Part shown: in pieces, positions 60,308 through 64,000 of the stretch
Layout: every line of letters begins with the position of its first letter
Numbering within the stretch: the first letter of the stretch is position 1
From: Thermoplasmata archaeon
GTDB lineage: Archaea > Thermoplasmatota > E2 > JACPAO01 > JAHFTW01
DNA: 64,000 nt
Direction of reading: 5' to 3'
Assembly: GCA_023269235.1 (NCBI GenBank)
Contig: JAHFTW010000001.1
Coordinates: 43,548 to 107,547 of the forward strand
Made by a program: the position numbers and the translations under genes
Notes under the pieces: generated by a model
Told to the model about the DNA's origin: nothing
The model's input: the letters and a program-made list of their open reading frames with translations, nothing else
The model's database searches: none

Positions 60308-60741
60308 CGGATGCGGCCGAAGCGGCCGGACTCGGTCTCCATCTCGTTGAGGATCTTGCGGACCGCCTCGGTGCGGGCGGGCTTGGGCAGGTAGGCGAAC
60401 GCGCCCTGGCGGATTCCCTTGACCACCATCGGGTCGGAGGCCGGGAGGCCGGTCACGAGGATGACGCGCGTGCTCGGGTTGCGGGCGAGGATCTTCGCCA
60501 TGACGTTGAGGCCAGAGTCGGCGGTGTCGTCGAGCACCATGTCAAGGAACACGGCGTCGATGGGCGCCTTGTCGAACTGCTTGAGGGCCTCCACCGCGTC
60601 GGCCGCCTCAAGGATCTGGGGCGGCGTGCGGGTGGCCTGCTTGATGGCCGAGGCGAGAGTGAGCCGGATCGTGGGGGAATCGTCCACGAGGAGATAACGG
60701 GCCACAAGGACACAAGGGGGGAGTGATACATGAAGCCGCAT
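60304..60741 (-). CDS. Stand-alone CheY-like response-regulator receiver domain
   Basis: LLVDDSPTIRL...DAVFLDMVL...ILVTG...K (phospho-acceptor D and conserved K). First gene of the pilus operon. Confidence 0.75.
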   Translation of the reverse strand: MRLHVSLPPCVLVARYLLVDDSPTIRLTLASAIKQATRTPPQILEAADAVEALKQFDKAPIDAVFLDMVLDDTADSGLNVMAKILARNPSTRVILVTGLPASDPMVVKGIRQGAFAYLPKPARTEAVRKILNEMETESGRFGRIR

Positions 60742-60829
60742 GGAACGGGGCGGAGGGCGAAGTCGCGGCGGGACAGGTCAACCGCGCGACCCCAAGACCT
60801 CAAATAAGGCGCGCCTAAACCTGGTCCCC

Positions 60830-61261
60830 ATGCAGGGGGCACAGGCGGCTCCGTCGGGGCCGCTGTTTCACTTCACCGACCGGCGCCGATTCTACTGGAA
60901 GCTGGCCCTGCTCGCGGTCACCACCGTCGCCCTCGTGCCCATCCTCCTCCTGAAAGACCAGGGGTGGGCCACGCTCTACCTCTGGAGCCTCGTCGCGGTC
61001 CACGTCGGCGGCGTCGTCATCGTGGTCCTCGGCGTCAAGCGCGCCCAGATCGCCCCGGACACGCGCGGCCTTGTCATCCGCCTCGTCGCCATCGCCCTCC
61101 TCGTGGCCCTTCTCTACCTGGCGAGCAAGGGGCTGCAGGACCCCACGCTCGGCCTGGTCTTCTGGGGGAGCCTTTTTGCCATCTGGGCCCTGCACACTGC
61201 GGGGCTTGCCCTGCTGCACATCCGGGGCCGCCGCGAAGCCTCCGTCTGCCCGTTCGTGTAG
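60830..61261 (+). CDS. Small membrane protein (4 TM), unknown
   Basis: ATG at 60830 is preceded by AT-rich cctcaaataagg (TATA-like). Four hydrophobic helices. Confidence 0.4.
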   Translation: MQGAQAAPSGPLFHFTDRRRFYWKLALLAVTTVALVPILLLKDQGWATLYLWSLVAVHVGGVVIVVLGVKRAQIAPDTRGLVIRLVAIALLVALLYLASKGLQDPTLGLVFWGSLFAIWALHTAGLALLHIRGRREASVCPFV

Positions 61262-61323
61262 GCGGCCCGCCGCGCCGACCCAAGGCGCCACCTTTTGATG
61301 CGAGGCGGGCGTCCTGCCCCTGA

Positions 61324-64000
<2,677 letters not shown>

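Overview
This window is a high-GC (~68%), gene-dense archaeal chromosomal segment; long spurious antisense ORFs are everywhere because of the GC content. Archaeal identity is supported by aIF-5A, a transcription factor S (TFS/RpoM-like), a Cdc48/VCP-type AAA+ ATPase, a KsgA/Dim1 homologue, a bifunctional NADP-phosphatase/NAD-kinase fusion, a PGF-CTERM (archaeosortase) sorting signal, and class-III (archaeal type IV pilin) signal peptides. I suspect a euryarchaeal or Thermoplasmatota-like lineage but cannot assign a taxon. I did not recognise any rRNA, tRNA or CRISPR array.

Main blocks, in order:
- A tightly translationally coupled four-gene isoprenoid module on the + strand (2816-9319): a UbiA-like prenyltransferase with a degenerate first Asp motif, a polyprenyl diphosphate synthase, an MMPL/RND-type exporter, and an SRPBCC-like domain fused to a MenA-like UbiA prenyltransferase. 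A TrmB regulator is divergently encoded upstream.
- A MASE1/multi-PAS hybrid histidine kinase with a downstream HPt protein.
- A MarR-MFS efflux pair.
- Housekeeping genes (pyrF, aIF-5A, KsgA-like, cyclophilin, TFS, NAD kinase fusion).
- A JAMM/MPN+ protein, an M50 site-2-protease-like protein and a PH-like membrane protein in one operon.
- A secreted M14 peptidase (PGF-CTERM) with two paralogous CarbopepD_reg lipoproteins.
- A complete beta-oxidation/ETF cluster, with a thiolase and DUF35 partner nearby.
- Three tandem paralogous Ser/Thr/Ala-rich surface proteins.
- A Tad/archaeal-type-IV-pilus-like locus on the - strand (50587-60741): CheY-like receiver, three large pilin-like proteins with class III signals, a FlaI/TadA-family ATPase, and TadB- and TadC-like membrane proteins. 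A partial hybrid histidine kinase is divergently encoded at the window end.

A ~115-bp tandem repeat just 3' of aIF-5A carries pseudo-copies of the gene's last codons.

All calls are by-eye motif and architecture recognition with no database searches. Start codons are uncertain because the ORF track allows ATG/GTG/TTG starts.
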